64,000 nucleotides of DNA. Source: an uncultured bacterium (GTDB lineage Bacteria > Schekmanbacteria > GWA2-38-11 > J061). Shown piece by piece: positions 21,187-33,247 of this stretch. The stretch spans positions 32,001-96,000 of the forward strand of contig CAZJVM010000001.1 of NCBI GenBank assembly GCA_964549305.1. Direction: 5' to 3'. The notes under the pieces are model-generated. The model saw only the letters and a list, made by a program, of their open reading frames with translations. It was not told the DNA's origin and searched no databases. The stretch's first letter is position 1; the number at the start of each line of letters is the position of its first letter. The translations under genes were made by a program, and so were the position numbers.

Positions 21187-22452
21187 ATGTTTTTGAAAAA
21201 ATCCCTTTCCGGGGGAGCGACTCTTGTAGCCGAATATGTTCCGCACGTAAGGTCAGTGTCAGTGGGCGTGTGGATTAATTTTGGTTCAAGGGACGAACCG
21301 CGGGAATTCAACGGAGTTTCTCATTTTATAGAGCATCTGCTTTTCAAGGGCACAGGTAGGCGCACGGCAAAGGATATTGCCACTGTCATCGACAGAATAG
21401 GCGGATACTGCGATGCCTTTACGAGCAGGGAATATACCTGTGTTTATATTCAGGCAATGGATTCCCAGCTTGAAACCATTTTTGACCTTCTTTCGGATAT
21501 TGTCATTCATTCCTCATTCGACCCAGTGGAGTTCAAAAGGGAAAAGGATGTTATATTCGAAGAGATCAGAATGACTGCCGACATTCCTGACGATGAACTT
21601 TTTGACATTTTTTTCAGTTCAATTTACAAAAATCATCCTTTGGGAAATCCCATTCAGGGCACTATGAGTTCAGTTAGAAAAATGGATGACGTCAACATAA
21701 GAAAAATTTTCAGGAAATATTATACGCCTTCGCTGATGACCCTTTCGGTTGCGGGGAATTTCGATAAAAAAAATCTTAATGAATTGTCGGAAAAATATTT
21801 TGGATTTGACGGCAAAAAGCCACGCCGAAATCCTCTGAAAAGGCAAACGCCAGTTTTTTCATCTGAGAACATTTTAAAAAACAGAAAGCTCGAACAAGCG
21901 CATCTATGCGTAGCGTTTCCGGGAATAAAGCAGAAAAGCAAATACAGGTATGCCAAATATCTTCTCAACCTCATATTGGGCGGAACTATAAGTTCGAGAT
22001 TGTTTCAGAAGGTGCGGGAAGAAAGAGGTCTCGCGTACAATATTTACTCCTATTATTTTTCCTTTGAAGACACGGGCATTACGGGAATATATGCCGCGTC
22101 AAATGCTTCCAACATCTCTGAAATAATAAAACTGTCCATTGCCGAATGCGAGAATATAGTGGCAAAGGGCGTCGGGGAAGAGGAGTTGTCAATTGCCAAG
22201 GAAAACCTCAAGGGGAATTATATGCTTTCCCTTGAAAGTATGAACAGCAGAATGATTAAGCTTGCAAAGCAGGAGATGTTTTTCGGGAAATTTTACGGAC
22301 TAGACAATATTCTGAACGAAATCGACTCCGTTACCTCTGAAGATTTGCAGAAATTGATGAAACTGATGTATAAGGCGGAAAAACTTTCCGCAGTGGTACT
22401 CGGACCCGTAGCAGGGGTGCTTAAAAAGAAGGATTTGATGATAAGCCGTTAA
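21187..22452 (+). CDS. M16 family zinc peptidase (ORF track start 21154)
   Basis: Inverted zinc motif HFIEHLLFKGT, SRLFQKVREERGLAY; typical position after pnp. Confidence 0.92.
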   Translation: MFLKKSLSGGATLVAEYVPHVRSVSVGVWINFGSRDEPREFNGVSHFIEHLLFKGTGRRTAKDIATVIDRIGGYCDAFTSREYTCVYIQAMDSQLETIFDLLSDIVIHSSFDPVEFKREKDVIFEEIRMTADIPDDELFDIFFSSIYKNHPLGNPIQGTMSSVRKMDDVNIRKIFRKYYTPSLMTLSVAGNFDKKNLNELSEKYFGFDGKKPRRNPLKRQTPVFSSENILKNRKLEQAHLCVAFPGIKQKSKYRYAKYLLNLILGGTISSRLFQKVREERGLAYNIYSYYFSFEDTGITGIYAASNASNISEIIKLSIAECENIVAKGVGEEELSIAKENLKGNYMLSLESMNSRMIKLAKQEMFFGKFYGLDNILNEIDSVTSEDLQKLMKLMYKAEKLSAVVLGPVAGVLKKKDLMISR

Positions 22453-22473
22453 AAGATATTAAGGAGAAATAAG

Positions 22474-23766
22474 GTGATTCCAAGATATTCAAGACCTGAA
22501 ATGGCGAAGATATGGACAGAAGAGAACAAGTTCAGAAAATTTCTCGATGTGGAAATTATGGTCTGCGAAGCACTTTGCAAAAAGGGGGAGATTCCGGAAG
22601 CATCTTTGAAGGTTATTAAAAAGAAGGCGGCATTTGATGTAACCCGCATCGAGGAAATTGAGAAAGTAACGAAACACGATGTCATCGCGTTTCTCACCAA
22701 TGTAGCTGAAAATGTGGGAAAGGATTCACGCTTCATTCATATGGGATTGACTTCGTCGGATATTCTCGACACGGGTCTTTCACTTCAGATTAAGGAAGCT
22801 TCCGATATAATAATCAGGGATATAAAGGAAGTGATGAAGTCTATCAAGAAACTTGCCCTGAAACATAAGAGAAGCATTATGGCAGGGCGCTCTCACGGAA
22901 TGCACGCGGAACCTGTTACATTCGGACTTAAGATGGCGGTTTGGTACGATGAGATGAAAAGAAACCTGAAACGGGTGAAGCAGGCCAGGGAGGTTATATC
23001 CTATGGAAAGATATCAGGCGCTGTGGGGACATTCGCTAACATAAGTCCCGATGTGGAGAAATATGTATGCAAGGGACTTGGGCTGAAAAACGCTCCTGCC
23101 TCGACGCAGATTCTTCAGAGAGACCGTCACGCGGAGTTTCTCACCGCGCTTGCGCTTACGGCATCGTCGCTCGAAAAGTTTGCCGTTGAAATAAGGCATC
23201 TTCAGAGGACTGAAGTTGCCGAAGCGGAAGAGTTTTTTTCCAAGGGACAGAAGGGTTCTTCGGCAATGCCTCACAAGAGAAATCCGATAACCTGTGAAAG
23301 AATAACCGGACTTGCCCGCCTCATAAGGGGTAACGCGATGGCGGCAATGGAGAATGTAGCGCTCTGGCACGAAAGAGATATCAGCCATTCGTCTGTTGAG
23401 CGCATCATAATGCCTGACAGCACAATACTCCTCGATTATATGCTCGATAAGATGGCAAAGCTTCTTGCGAACCTTGTGGTTAAGCCGGAAAATATGAAGA
23501 AAAATCTCGAGCTTAACGGCGGAGTTATTTTCTCGCAGGCGGTTCTTCTGCGTCTTGTGGACTGCGGTATAACCAGAGAAGCGGCATATGAAATTGTTCA
23601 GAGAAACGCGATGAAAGCCCTCAAAAGTTCCTCTGATTTTAAAAGCTGTCTTCTTTCTGATAATGAGATGTTGAAGCATCTCCCGGCTTCTGATATACGG
23701 AAAATCTTTGATTACAAATATCACACCAAAAACATAGATAAAATTTTCAGGCGCGTGTTTAAATAG
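22474..23766 (+). CDS. purB: Adenylosuccinate lyase
   Basis: MIPRYSRPEM, HDVIAF, GSSAMPHKRNP, WHERDISHSS. Confidence 0.98.
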   Translation: MIPRYSRPEMAKIWTEENKFRKFLDVEIMVCEALCKKGEIPEASLKVIKKKAAFDVTRIEEIEKVTKHDVIAFLTNVAENVGKDSRFIHMGLTSSDILDTGLSLQIKEASDIIIRDIKEVMKSIKKLALKHKRSIMAGRSHGMHAEPVTFGLKMAVWYDEMKRNLKRVKQAREVISYGKISGAVGTFANISPDVEKYVCKGLGLKNAPASTQILQRDRHAEFLTALALTASSLEKFAVEIRHLQRTEVAEAEEFFSKGQKGSSAMPHKRNPITCERITGLARLIRGNAMAAMENVALWHERDISHSSVERIIMPDSTILLDYMLDKMAKLLANLVVKPENMKKNLELNGGVIFSQAVLLRLVDCGITREAAYEIVQRNAMKALKSSSDFKSCLLSDNEMLKHLPASDIRKIFDYKYHTKNIDKIFRRVFK

Positions 23767-23793
23767 TCTGCCGCTTTAACAGGGAAACGGAAA

Positions 23794-24036
23794 ATGAAAA
23801 AAGTAAAAGTTTTTGTAAAATTAAAGGAAGGTGTCCTTGACCCTCAGGGGAAAGCCGTAAAAAACTCTCTCGCATCGCTGGGATTTAATTCGGTGACAGA
23901 TGTTCGAGTAGGAAAGTATATTGAACTAAATATAGACGAAGATGACAGCGGGAGTGTGAAGGAAGAAGTTGACAAGATGTGTAAAAAACTTCTCGCAAAT
24001 CCCGTAATAGAAACCTTTGAAGTCAAGATTGACTGA
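23794..24036 (+). CDS. purS: FGAM synthase subunit PurS
   Basis: [21 protein letters not shown]. Confidence 0.96.
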   Translation: MKKVKVFVKLKEGVLDPQGKAVKNSLASLGFNSVTDVRVGKYIELNIDEDDSGSVKEEVDKMCKKLLANPVIETFEVKID

Positions 24037-24037
24037 T

Positions 24038-24952
24038 ATGAATACCTCTAAAGAATTGTCGACTGGCGATGTAGTGCTTGAAACAAATCTTCCCGGCCTT
24101 AATCTTGTAAGACAGGGCAAGGTGCGCGATATTTACGACCTTGACGACAAACTTCTCATTGTGGCGACGGACAGGTTATCGGCATTCGATGTCATAATGG
24201 CGGAGGGGATTCCATACAAGGGAAAGGTACTTACTCAGATTTCAAAATTCTGGTTCAGACAGATAGGAGATATCGTTCCGAATCATATAATAAGTTTTGA
24301 CACTGCCGACTTTCCGAGGGAATGCGCTGAATACAGCCATATACTTGAAGGAAGAAGCATGCTCGTGGAAAAAACCGAGGTTGTGCCTGTTGAGTGTGTC
24401 GTGCGGGGATATCTTTCAGGTTCGGCATACGAGGAATATTTAAAAACCGGAGGAGTGGTCTCGGGGATAAACCTCGGCAAGGGACTTCTTGAATCATCAA
24501 AACTCGAAAGGCCTATTTTTACTCCTTCCACAAAAGCCGAAAGCGGACACGACGAGAATATCACATTCGAAGAGATGGAAAAAAATGTTGGCAGTGAATT
24601 GTCCCGCTCGCTGAGAAAATACAGTATTTCCGTATATGAGAGAGCAAGGTCTGTTGCAGACAAAAAGGGAATAATAGTTGCCGATACTAAGTTTGAATTC
24701 GGACGGAAAAACGGCGAAATAATTCTCATAGACGAGGTGCTGACACCGGATTCTTCCAGATTCTGGCCCAAAGACGAATATTCTCCGGGGCGTCCGCAGA
24801 GCAGTTTTGACAAACAGTTTGTCAGGGATTATCTAAAAAGCACCGGTTGGGACAAGACACCCCCTCCGCCCGCATTGCCCGATGATATCATTATCAAGAC
24901 CAGCAATAAATATCTTGACGCTCTTCAAAAACTCACAGGCGTAACAAATTAA
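24038..24952 (+). CDS. purC: SAICAR synthetase (ORF track start 24017)
   Basis: [41 protein letters not shown]. Confidence 0.97.
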   Translation: MNTSKELSTGDVVLETNLPGLNLVRQGKVRDIYDLDDKLLIVATDRLSAFDVIMAEGIPYKGKVLTQISKFWFRQIGDIVPNHIISFDTADFPRECAEYSHILEGRSMLVEKTEVVPVECVVRGYLSGSAYEEYLKTGGVVSGINLGKGLLESSKLERPIFTPSTKAESGHDENITFEEMEKNVGSELSRSLRKYSISVYERARSVADKKGIIVADTKFEFGRKNGEIILIDEVLTPDSSRFWPKDEYSPGRPQSSFDKQFVRDYLKSTGWDKTPPPPALPDDIIIKTSNKYLDALQKLTGVTN

Positions 24953-24967
24953 TGAGGTTTTCTTTCA

Positions 24968-25663
24968 ATGAAATTTGGAATTGTAGTTTTCCCCGGTTCT
25001 AATTGCGACAGAGACTGTTTCAGGGTGGTAAAAGATGTGCTTAAGGAAGAAGCAATCTATATATGGCACAAGGACAAGGATTTGTCGGGAGTTGACTGTA
25101 TAATCCTTCCCGGAGGTTTTTCATACGGCGATTATTTGCGCACCGGTTCCATTGCAAGCTATTCGCCCGTAATGGAGAATGTCGTGAAATTTGCCTCCAA
25201 CGGAGGGTATATTATCGGCATTTGCAACGGATTTCAGATTTTGCTCGAATCGGGACTGCTTCCCGGCGCAATGATAAAGAACAAGTCATTGAAGTTTATC
25301 TGCAGAAATGTGAATATCAAAGTGGAAAACACAGGCACTCCCTTTACCCTTAAATACAATTCGGGCGATGTTCTCACGATACCGATTGCGCATTCCGACG
25401 GAAATTACTTCGCTGAGGAAGACACGCTTAAAAATCTTGAAGAAAACGGACAGATAGTTTTCAAATATTGTTCTTCCGAAGGATCGGTTTCTGAAGATTT
25501 TAACCCGAACGGGTCACGCAATAATATCGCGGGAATATGCAGTGAAAATGGCAGGGTGCTCGGTATGATGCCTCACCCCGAAAGAGTTTCCGAAAGCATT
25601 CTCGGAAGCGACGACGGAGTCGGAATCTTTAAATCAATAACAGAAAGCGTTTTGAAAAAATGA
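24968..25663 (+). CDS. purQ: FGAM synthase glutaminase subunit
   Basis: [32 protein letters not shown]. Confidence 0.97.
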   Translation: MKFGIVVFPGSNCDRDCFRVVKDVLKEEAIYIWHKDKDLSGVDCIILPGGFSYGDYLRTGSIASYSPVMENVVKFASNGGYIIGICNGFQILLESGLLPGAMIKNKSLKFICRNVNIKVENTGTPFTLKYNSGDVLTIPIAHSDGNYFAEEDTLKNLEENGQIVFKYCSSEGSVSEDFNPNGSRNNIAGICSENGRVLGMMPHPERVSESILGSDDGVGIFKSITESVLKK

Positions 25664-27891
25664 AAGAACCTGAAATAACCGATGAGCTTATAGAAAGTCA
25701 CGGGCTTTCAAAGGAAGACTATTCAAGAATATGTGAAATACTTGGAAGAAAACCCGGTTATACGGAGCTTGGAATATTTTCCGTAATGTGGAGTGAGCAT
25801 TGCAGTTATAAAAGCTCAAAGCCCTATCTCAGAAACTTTCCCACTCAGGCGCCTTGGGTTGTTCAGGGACCGGGAGAAAATGCGGGAATAATAGACATAG
25901 GTGACGGACTGGTTGCCGTATTTAAAATTGAAAGCCATAATCATCCTTCCTTTATAGAGCCATATCAGGGTGCCGCAACGGGAGTAGGAGGAATTTTAAG
26001 AGATATTTTCACAATGGGCGCCAGACCGGTGGCTAATCTCAATTCCCTGCGCTTCGGAAATGTAAATAACCCAAGAACAAAATATATAATAGAGGAAGTC
26101 GTGGCGGGAATTGCCGGATACGGCAATTGCATGGGAATACCAACTGTTGGAGGAGAGGTCTATTTTGATGATTGTTACGACAGCAATCCGCTCGTGAATG
26201 CTTTTACTCTTGGCATAGCGAAGAAGGACAATATTTTTTACGGTGTAGCAACGGGAGTCGGTAATCCCGTAATCTACATTGGTTCAAAAACAGGGCGCGA
26301 TGGAATACACGGTGCCACGATGGCATCGGAGGAGTTTGACGAGGGTTCTGAAGAGAGAAGACCTACGGTGCAGGTGGGTGACCCCTTTACTGAAAAACTT
26401 CTTCTCGAAGCGTGCCTTGAATTAATGTCGAAGAATTGCATTCTCGGTATACAGGATATGGGTGCAGCGGGATTGACCTGCTCTACGGCGGAAATGGCGG
26501 CGCGCGCGGATACAGGGATAGAGATTGAGCTGAACAAAGTGCCTTTGAGAGAAGAGGGAATGATTCCCTATGAAATAATGCTTTCCGAATCACAGGAGAG
26601 AATGCTTCTTGTGACGGACAAGGGTAGGGAAGGCGAAGTGCTCGAAGTACTCAAAAAATGGGACCTCGATGCGGCAGTTATCGGCGAAGTTACGGATACA
26701 GGGAAATTTACCGTAAAGCAAAACGGAAAAGTCGTTTCCGATATCCCCGTAAAATCACTGACCGATGACATTTCCTCGGGAAAAAGAGATGTTGAAAGAC
26801 CGAAATGGATAGACGAGATGGAGTTGAAAGAGACGGAATATACCTTGAATCCGTCAGACGCGGAGAGGGTATTTGAAGAGATAATTCTATCACCGGATAT
26901 TTTGAGCAGGGAATGGATTTATGACCAATATGACCATATGGTTGGAATAAATACAGTCGAGCTTCCGGGTTCGGATTCCGCAGTCATTCGTGTTGAAGAA
27001 TCAGGCAAAGGGCTTGCAATCGCTCTTGACGGTAACGGCAGGTATTGCTTTATGAATCCCTATGAGGGGGGGAAATCATCAGTCGCGGAATGTGCGAGAA
27101 ATATATCCTGCACGGGTGCGCAACCTCTTGCCATCACAAATTGCCTTAATTTCGGAAACCCCGAAAGATCCGATGTGATGTGGCAGTTTTCAGAAGCAGT
27201 GCGCGGAATCATAGACGCCTGCAACAAGCTGAATACTCCTGTTACAGGCGGGAATGTGAGTTTTTACAATGAAACCATAGGCAAGGGAGTTTATCCCACT
27301 CCCGTTATAGGCATGGTTGGGGTTATAGACAATACTGAGAACAGATGCACTCAGGGTTTCAAAAACGAAGGAGATATTATTTTCCTTTTAGGTGAGAACC
27401 AAAGGGAAATGGGCGGAAGTCTCTATCAGAAATTTATTTGCAATGAAACGGCAGGTAAACTTCCTGTATGCAATCTTGATAAAGAAGTATCTCTTCATAA
27501 CGTCTTAAGAGAGGCAATTTCGTCAAAGTTGATAAATGCCGCGCACGATTGTTCTGACGGAGGGTTGGCGACAACGCTTGCCGAAATGTGTTTTGCTTCT
27601 AAAAAAGGTCTTGGCGCGGAAATTAATATTGCGGAAGATATTCCACCCATTGCCGTACTTTTCGGCGAGGCGCAGTCGCGCGCCGTTGTGACCTGCCATG
27701 AAAATAATATGGAACAGCTCAAGGAATTGCTAAGTAAATTCCCGGTTAAAACGACAATAATCGGAAAGGTAGCGCGGGATGATTTAAAAATCAGAGTCTC
27801 ATCTAAAGGAACTGATATCTCAATTGAAAAAAATGTTTCGAAACTCAGGGACAAATGGAAAGGCGGAGTTAAGAATCTTGTGGCAAAGTGA
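25660..27891 (+). CDS. purL: FGAM synthase subunit PurL
   Basis: [39 protein letters not shown]. Confidence 0.97.
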   Translation: MKEPEITDELIESHGLSKEDYSRICEILGRKPGYTELGIFSVMWSEHCSYKSSKPYLRNFPTQAPWVVQGPGENAGIIDIGDGLVAVFKIESHNHPSFIEPYQGAATGVGGILRDIFTMGARPVANLNSLRFGNVNNPRTKYIIEEVVAGIAGYGNCMGIPTVGGEVYFDDCYDSNPLVNAFTLGIAKKDNIFYGVATGVGNPVIYIGSKTGRDGIHGATMASEEFDEGSEERRPTVQVGDPFTEKLLLEACLELMSKNCILGIQDMGAAGLTCSTAEMAARADTGIEIELNKVPLREEGMIPYEIMLSESQERMLLVTDKGREGEVLEVLKKWDLDAAVIGEVTDTGKFTVKQNGKVVSDIPVKSLTDDISSGKRDVERPKWIDEMELKETEYTLNPSDAERVFEEIILSPDILSREWIYDQYDHMVGINTVELPGSDSAVIRVEESGKGLAIALDGNGRYCFMNPYEGGKSSVAECARNISCTGAQPLAITNCLNFGNPERSDVMWQFSEAVRGIIDACNKLNTPVTGGNVSFYNETIGKGVYPTPVIGMVGVIDNTENRCTQGFKNEGDIIFLLGENQREMGGSLYQKFICNETAGKLPVCNLDKEVSLHNVLREAISSKLINAAHDCSDGGLATTLAEMCFASKKGLGAEINIAEDIPPIAVLFGEAQSRAVVTCHENNMEQLKELLSKFPVKTTIIGKVARDDLKIRVSSKGTDISIEKNVSKLRDKWKGGVKNLVAK

Positions 27892-29287
27892 CAATAAAAA
27901 AGATGTCTTTCAGGAAAATTGCGGAGTATTCGGGATCTATAATCATTCCGAAGCGGCAAACCTCACATACCTTGGACTTTACGCGCTTCAGCACCGCGGT
28001 CAGGAAGGCGCCGGAATCTGCACATTCGACGAAACGGGACTTCATCATTCAAAGGCGCGTGGACTTGTCGCCGAAATATTTACGGCTGAAAAATTGAGAC
28101 GCCTCAGAGGCAATAAAGCGATAGGGCACAACCGCTACTCCACAACTGGACAGAGCAAGCTTAAAAACGTTCAGCCCTTTTACGCTAATTATTCATTCGG
28201 CAGCATAGCGATAGGGCACAACGGTAATATAGTAAACGCAAAATTGCTGCGGGAAAAACTTCAGGACAAAGGCGCTATCTTTCTTTCTTCAACTGACACC
28301 GAGGTTATCATTCATCTGATTGCGCAGTCATCGCAAAACAATATAATCGACCGTATCATAGATTCTTTAAATCAGGTTACGGGAGCATATTCCCTCGTTA
28401 TACTTACAAAAAACGAACTTATCGGTGTAAGAGATCCGCGTGGTTTCAGGCCTCTCGTAACCGGTGTCGTTGACGGCGCTCCTGTGCTTGCTTCGGAAAC
28501 ATGCGCGCTTGATTTGATAGGCGCGCAGGATGTAAGGGAAGTGGAAGCAGGAGAGATGATTATTATCAATGACGAGGGTGTTCGCAGTATAAAGCCCTTT
28601 GAAAAGCTTAAAAGCTCGTTGTGCATATTCGAATTTATCTATTTTGCCAGACCCGACAGCAAAATCTTCGGTCGAAGCGTCTATGATGTGCGAAAAGAAT
28701 TCGGACGCCAGCTTGCCAGGGTAAATAAAGTGGCTGCGGATGTGGTAATTCCGGTGCCGGATTCCGGCGTAGTAGCGGCACTCGGTTATTCCGAGGAATC
28801 GGGAATCCCTTTTGATACGGGGTTGATACGCAATCACTATGTGGGAAGAACATTTATTGAACCTAAACAGGCAATAAGGCATTTCGGTGTCAAAATAAAA
28901 TTAAATCCCGTGGAAAGTGTTATAAGGGGAAAGAGAGTTGTAATAATCGATGACAGCATCGTGCGCGGAACGACGAGTAAAAAAATTGTCAAGATGATAC
29001 GTGACGCGGGAGCAAAGGAAGTGCATATGCGCATAAGTTCGCCTCCAACGGAATATCCCTGTTTTTACGGAATCGATACACCTACGAGGGGAGAATTAAT
29101 CGCGTCCTTTAATGATATTGACCATATCAGGGATTTTATAAAAGCCGACTCACTTTCATATCTCGATATGAATGCCATGCAGAATACCGTACAAGATAAC
29201 GGCGGACAATTCTGCAAGGCGTGTTTTACGGGAAAATATCCCGTTGAGCCGGTTAACGGTGAGAACAATCAGCTGAGACTGCTTTAA
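27878..29287 (+). CDS. purF: Amidophosphoribosyltransferase (probable TTG start with short propeptide; ORF track 27824)
   Basis: [27 protein letters not shown]-terminal CKACFTG. Confidence 0.97.
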   Translation: MWQSDNKKDVFQENCGVFGIYNHSEAANLTYLGLYALQHRGQEGAGICTFDETGLHHSKARGLVAEIFTAEKLRRLRGNKAIGHNRYSTTGQSKLKNVQPFYANYSFGSIAIGHNGNIVNAKLLREKLQDKGAIFLSSTDTEVIIHLIAQSSQNNIIDRIIDSLNQVTGAYSLVILTKNELIGVRDPRGFRPLVTGVVDGAPVLASETCALDLIGAQDVREVEAGEMIIINDEGVRSIKPFEKLKSSLCIFEFIYFARPDSKIFGRSVYDVRKEFGRQLARVNKVAADVVIPVPDSGVVAALGYSEESGIPFDTGLIRNHYVGRTFIEPKQAIRHFGVKIKLNPVESVIRGKRVVIIDDSIVRGTTSKKIVKMIRDAGAKEVHMRISSPPTEYPCFYGIDTPTRGELIASFNDIDHIRDFIKADSLSYLDMNAMQNTVQDNGGQFCKACFTGKYPVEPVNGENNQLRLL

Positions 29288-29297
29288 CCTTCTTCAA

Positions 29298-30131
29298 CTA
29301 CGAATGCATTTTTCTTGAATACTCCGAGCAAAACTCCGCCCCGATAATGATGATTGCGCAGGATATGTAAATCCATCCCATAGTTGCAATCAAGGTCGCG
29401 ACCGGTCCGAAAAGAAGCTGATAGTCGGTGAAATAGGTTGTTACGAAGACTATATAGCAGTAAAGAAAAAATACCCAGATTACAGTTGTGATTATGGTAG
29501 TTGTCAGTATTTCCCGGAATGTGACAAAGGTGTTCGGAAGAAATTTATAGAAAGAAAGAAAAAGAAGAAAAGCTGTTGTGGAAGTAAGTATGATATTGGT
29601 CACATCCTGCATTGGAATAATCTTGTAAAGATTGTCTGGCAGAAGAGGAAGCTTGCTTATAAATAGAAGTAGCGAAGTTGAAGAAATCGAGACAAGCATT
29701 ATCACCCCTGTAATAAACATAAGCACCACGGAAAGAAACTTTTTCCGGATGAAATGCCTTTCTGATTTCACTTTCCACGCTTTATTTACCGCTTCCTCAA
29801 GGGCAGTAAAAAAATAAACCGCCGGCCAGATTAAAATTACGAGTCCGATGATTCCGAGCTTTTGTTTTAATTCCACTGTGTAATCTATGGTTTTAATTAT
29901 AGATGGCTTTATTGTGGGAAAAACGTCCTGAAAGAAATTCTGGGCATTATTTTTGATTTCCGGTGAATCGATGATAAACCCCAGTACGGAAAAGAAGATA
30001 AGGATTAAGGGGAAAAGTGAAAAAAAAGCGTAAAATGCAAGCGCTGCCGCCCTTGTCGCTCCTTCATTTTCTATGGTGTTTTTTATTGCAGTTCTATAGA
30101 TGGATAGAATATTTAAAATCTTTTTGAGCAT
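29298..30131 (-). CDS. YihY/BrkB family membrane protein (ORF track start 30194)
   Basis: AAALAFYAFFSLFP, AVNKAW, WIYISCAIIIIGAE. Confidence 0.85.
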   Translation of the reverse strand: MLKKILNILSIYRTAIKNTIENEGATRAAALAFYAFFSLFPLILIFFSVLGFIIDSPEIKNNAQNFFQDVFPTIKPSIIKTIDYTVELKQKLGIIGLVILIWPAVYFFTALEEAVNKAWKVKSERHFIRKKFLSVVLMFITGVIMLVSISSTSLLLFISKLPLLPDNLYKIIPMQDVTNIILTSTTAFLLFLSFYKFLPNTFVTFREILTTTIITTVIWVFFLYCYIVFVTTYFTDYQLLFGPVATLIATMGWIYISCAIIIIGAEFCSEYSRKMHS

Positions 30132-30557
30132 AATAAAATAGATTATGAAATAAAAATAAAAACCGGTTTCTGAAACTGTAAAAGCATATATCAAAAAGAA
30201 TGAAGTTTATGGCAACAGAGTATAATGACTGAAAGTGCAAGTTGTCAATAATCATAAAAATAAAAACCGGGCAAACAATTTGTAGCTTATAAAAGCATCA
30301 GAGGGTGTCAGGAAGAAAGCATATTCTATATCAATCATTTGTTGCTCACAGCGACGATAAATGGTTTGTAAATACAGCAGGTTAGCTATCATTGCTATGT
30401 CCTTTAAATGATTGTTTGCTATGCTATCTAATTGATTTATCAATAAATAAATTGTTTTTTCGCGGTAAAAAAAATATTTTATTGGATATGAGATTAAAGG
30501 TTTTTAAGGAAAGTGGCGACAATATATGGTATAAATGCTGCTAATGGGGGAGGTGGC

Positions 30558-31004
30558 ATGAAAAAAATATCGCTTAAAAAATCTGAAGACGCGTTTACAC
30601 TTGTAGAAATTCTTGTTGCCATAGTAATCCTTTCTGTAGGACTTCTCTCAATAGCAAGTTTGGTTACAACTGTTATCAGGGGTAACGCAAAGAGCAGGCG
30701 AATGACTACGGCAATAACTCTTGCGCAAACGAAAATAGAAGAGTTGAAAAATCTGGATTATGACGATAGCAAACTCGAAGATTCAAATACGGGCAACAAT
30801 TCAAGCCTTACAAGCACATCATCCACTGACCACAGCGAAGCGGATATAGACGCGGAAGGGGGAACAGGGGGAATTTATACGAGAATATGGAATGTTGCCG
30901 ATGACACTCCTTCAACGAATATGAAAACTATTACGGTTATCATAAAGTGGGAAGAAAAGGGCAAGGAAAGAAAGACTGCGTTTACAACTATAATATCGGA
31001 ATGA
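30558..31004 (+). CDS. Type IV minor pilin, PilV-like
   Basis: Class III signal peptide A|FTLVEILVAIVILSVGLL, AITLAQTKIEELK; SD GGAGG before ATG 30558. Confidence 0.85.
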   Translation: MKKISLKKSEDAFTLVEILVAIVILSVGLLSIASLVTTVIRGNAKSRRMTTAITLAQTKIEELKNLDYDDSKLEDSNTGNNSSLTSTSSTDHSEADIDAEGGTGGIYTRIWNVADDTPSTNMKTITVIIKWEEKGKERKTAFTTIISE

Positions 31005-31013
31005 GGATGAAAA

Positions 31014-31919
31014 GTGCGCGTGAAAAATAACAGGAATGGATTTACGCTTATAGAGTTGATGGTGTCGATACTTCTCGCATCTATACTTATGGTTACATTT
31101 TATACTCTTCTTACCAGTCAGCAGAGAACATACAACAGTCAGGATTTGATTGTTGAAATGCAGCAAAATGTGAGGACGGCAATGGATACTTTGACGAGGG
31201 AATTCAGGTCAATCGGATACGGAGTGCCTACTGCCGACACCCCTTCGGAAATTGCCGTTATAAGCAGCGCGACGGAAAACACCATAACCTTTCTCGTTGA
31301 CCTTGATAATGTGAAGGCGACACTTACTGCCGACTACACGGCAGGAAATACTACTCTTTCCGTTGACACGGTGTCGGAGACATCTTCCGACAGTTATTAT
31401 GGCAATTTTTCCGCAGGTGATACAATATATATAACTGACGGAAGCAAGTGGGAAGCCACTGACGTGTCATCTACTTCCCAGGGGAGTTTGGGTATCGGGG
31501 CTTTAACCAATGATTTTTCCCAGGGGTCGGTGCTTCACGTAATCAACACAATTACGTATGCCCAGAATCCATCCGACCACAAACATTCGACTGATGCGCC
31601 AACCATTAAATTGACGCGGTCTGTTGACGGAAGCACGGCACAACCGGTAGTCGATGACATTGATTATCTTGAATTCAAATACTATGATGATTCGGACAGT
31701 CAGGTCGGTTCAGCGACTCCATACAAGAGTGTAAGTTTATCTTCCGGTGATGTAGGCGACGTAAGGAAAATAAAAGTTCTTTTTATCGCGCGAACATCGA
31801 GAGAAGATCCAAGCTACTCGAGTTCCGGGGTCTATAACTGCGGCGACAAATACAGCGACCAATATCACAGATTAACACTGGAATCGGAAATAAAATTAAG
31901 AAATGCAGGATTGGAATGA
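31014..31919 (+). CDS. Type IV minor pilin, PilW-like
   Basis: G|FTLIELMV, MQQNVRTAMDTLTREFRSIGYG, C-terminal IKLRN. Confidence 0.85.
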   Translation: MRVKNNRNGFTLIELMVSILLASILMVTFYTLLTSQQRTYNSQDLIVEMQQNVRTAMDTLTREFRSIGYGVPTADTPSEIAVISSATENTITFLVDLDNVKATLTADYTAGNTTLSVDTVSETSSDSYYGNFSAGDTIYITDGSKWEATDVSSTSQGSLGIGALTNDFSQGSVLHVINTITYAQNPSDHKHSTDAPTIKLTRSVDGSTAQPVVDDIDYLEFKYYDDSDSQVGSATPYKSVSLSSGDVGDVRKIKVLFIARTSREDPSYSSSGVYNCGDKYSDQYHRLTLESEIKLRNAGLE

Positions 31920-31920
31920 T

Positions 31921-32982
31921 ATGAAAAATAACAAAATGTTAAGCAATGAGTCGGGATTTGTCCTTGCACTTGCAATGTTTCTTCTTGCTATTCTCACTGT
32001 GATCGGTCTCGGCGCGATTTTGATTACATCGACAGAGCTTAAGATATCGGGGAATCTCAGAACTGCTACCGATGCCCTGTATGTGGCAGAGGGAGGTATG
32101 GAAATTACTGAAGGAAAATTGAAGGCAAACGCAGTGAGCAATTTTGCAGGAACAAGCGGGACAACAAGCAATACGCAGATTTATGTCGTAGGAAAATCAC
32201 CTAAAAACACCATTAAAAATCCTTTAAACTGGGTTGACACAAGCTGGTATATAGATTCGGATATGACCACGCCCCTGTCCGAGGGCAATGCGGAAACCGT
32301 GACTGCTCTTTATAACAAATATACTATTGGTTCCGGGGAAGCCAATATTACACTGCCAAGACCTCAGTGGTTGTGGGTAAATCCCACGATTGTGGCGTTC
32401 AGAAACGTCAGGTCCACATTCTCGGGAACAAATGCCAAAAAAGTGGAAGCGGATATTGAAATAAGATTTGAAAATAATCTCCTTTCCTTTCAGGTGTTCA
32501 AAGACCCTTCTGACGGTGTATCCGATGTTGACAATATTTCCAACAACAATGTTATAATAGGAGGTACAGGTTATGATTTTGGAATCGATCCTGCATTAAG
32601 CAAGATTACGGGAATTTGCACGAACGATAACAGTACGAAAGCTATTATAATTTATAGGGATGGGGACAACAATTTAGCGACTTCAGACTGGACAATAGTC
32701 GGAGAACCGGAGATTAACACGACTAACAGTACATTTTGCCTCAGCAATGCGAGAGGTTACAGATATACAGCTTTGGGTGGTGCCGGGTCAAAAGAACCGG
32801 TAGCGGTTTTAAGCGCAAGCGAATATATTCCCGATACTACGGGCGCGCCTGTTTTGTCAATCAGTAACGGGGAAATTTACAAGGTTGAACTTGTCGATAT
32901 ATCTATGCTTTCACGAAGTGCCGGAAATCCGGCGGGTTCATCGGCAGGAAGCTGGGTGTCGAATACTTATAATCAATGGTAA
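31921..32982 (+). CDS. Type IV minor pilin, PilX-like
   Basis: NESG|FVLALAM lacking Glu5, TELKISGN, ALYVAEGG (PilX N-terminal pattern). Confidence 0.82.
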   Translation: MKNNKMLSNESGFVLALAMFLLAILTVIGLGAILITSTELKISGNLRTATDALYVAEGGMEITEGKLKANAVSNFAGTSGTTSNTQIYVVGKSPKNTIKNPLNWVDTSWYIDSDMTTPLSEGNAETVTALYNKYTIGSGEANITLPRPQWLWVNPTIVAFRNVRSTFSGTNAKKVEADIEIRFENNLLSFQVFKDPSDGVSDVDNISNNNVIIGGTGYDFGIDPALSKITGICTNDNSTKAIIIYRDGDNNLATSDWTIVGEPEINTTNSTFCLSNARGYRYTALGGAGSKEPVAVLSASEYIPDTTGAPVLSISNGEIYKVELVDISMLSRSAGNPAGSSAGSWVSNTYNQW

Positions 32983-33006
32983 ACAAAAATATTAAAGGAG
33001 AATAAA

Positions 33007-33204
33007 ATGTTTAAAAATCTGATTTGGGTTTTAATGACTTTTCTGGCATTAGCGGTTGTAATAACCTTTTCAACAGTGACAACGCGTGCCGATTCTGATA
33101 CAAATTCAGCGAGTAATATGAATGCTCCGGTAAACGGCGCGCAGGGGACAGGCACCAATGCCGAGCCGAACTCGACAATAAAAAACTGGCACGAAGTAAA
33201 TTAA
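33007..33204 (+). CDS. Secreted microprotein 1 with C-terminal TIKNWHEV motif
   Basis: SD AAGGAG; Sec-type signal peptide (…TRA|D); paralogous to the next ORF. Confidence 0.8.
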   Translation: MFKNLIWVLMTFLALAVVITFSTVTTRADSDTNSASNMNAPVNGAQGTGTNAEPNSTIKNWHEVN

Positions 33205-33247
33205 TGATGTATTTGTATAAATAAGATATATAAGAACGGAGGTTAAA

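Noticed and set aside
23014-23724. Long antisense ORFs (e.g. 236 aa inside purB, 181 aa inside pheS, 176 aa inside purC)
   Set aside because: Shadow frames of conserved genes with no recognisable motifs
30252-30443. 63-aa minus-strand ORF, or a missing fimU upstream of pilV
   Set aside because: No class III signal peptide or SD; looks like intergenic promoter DNA
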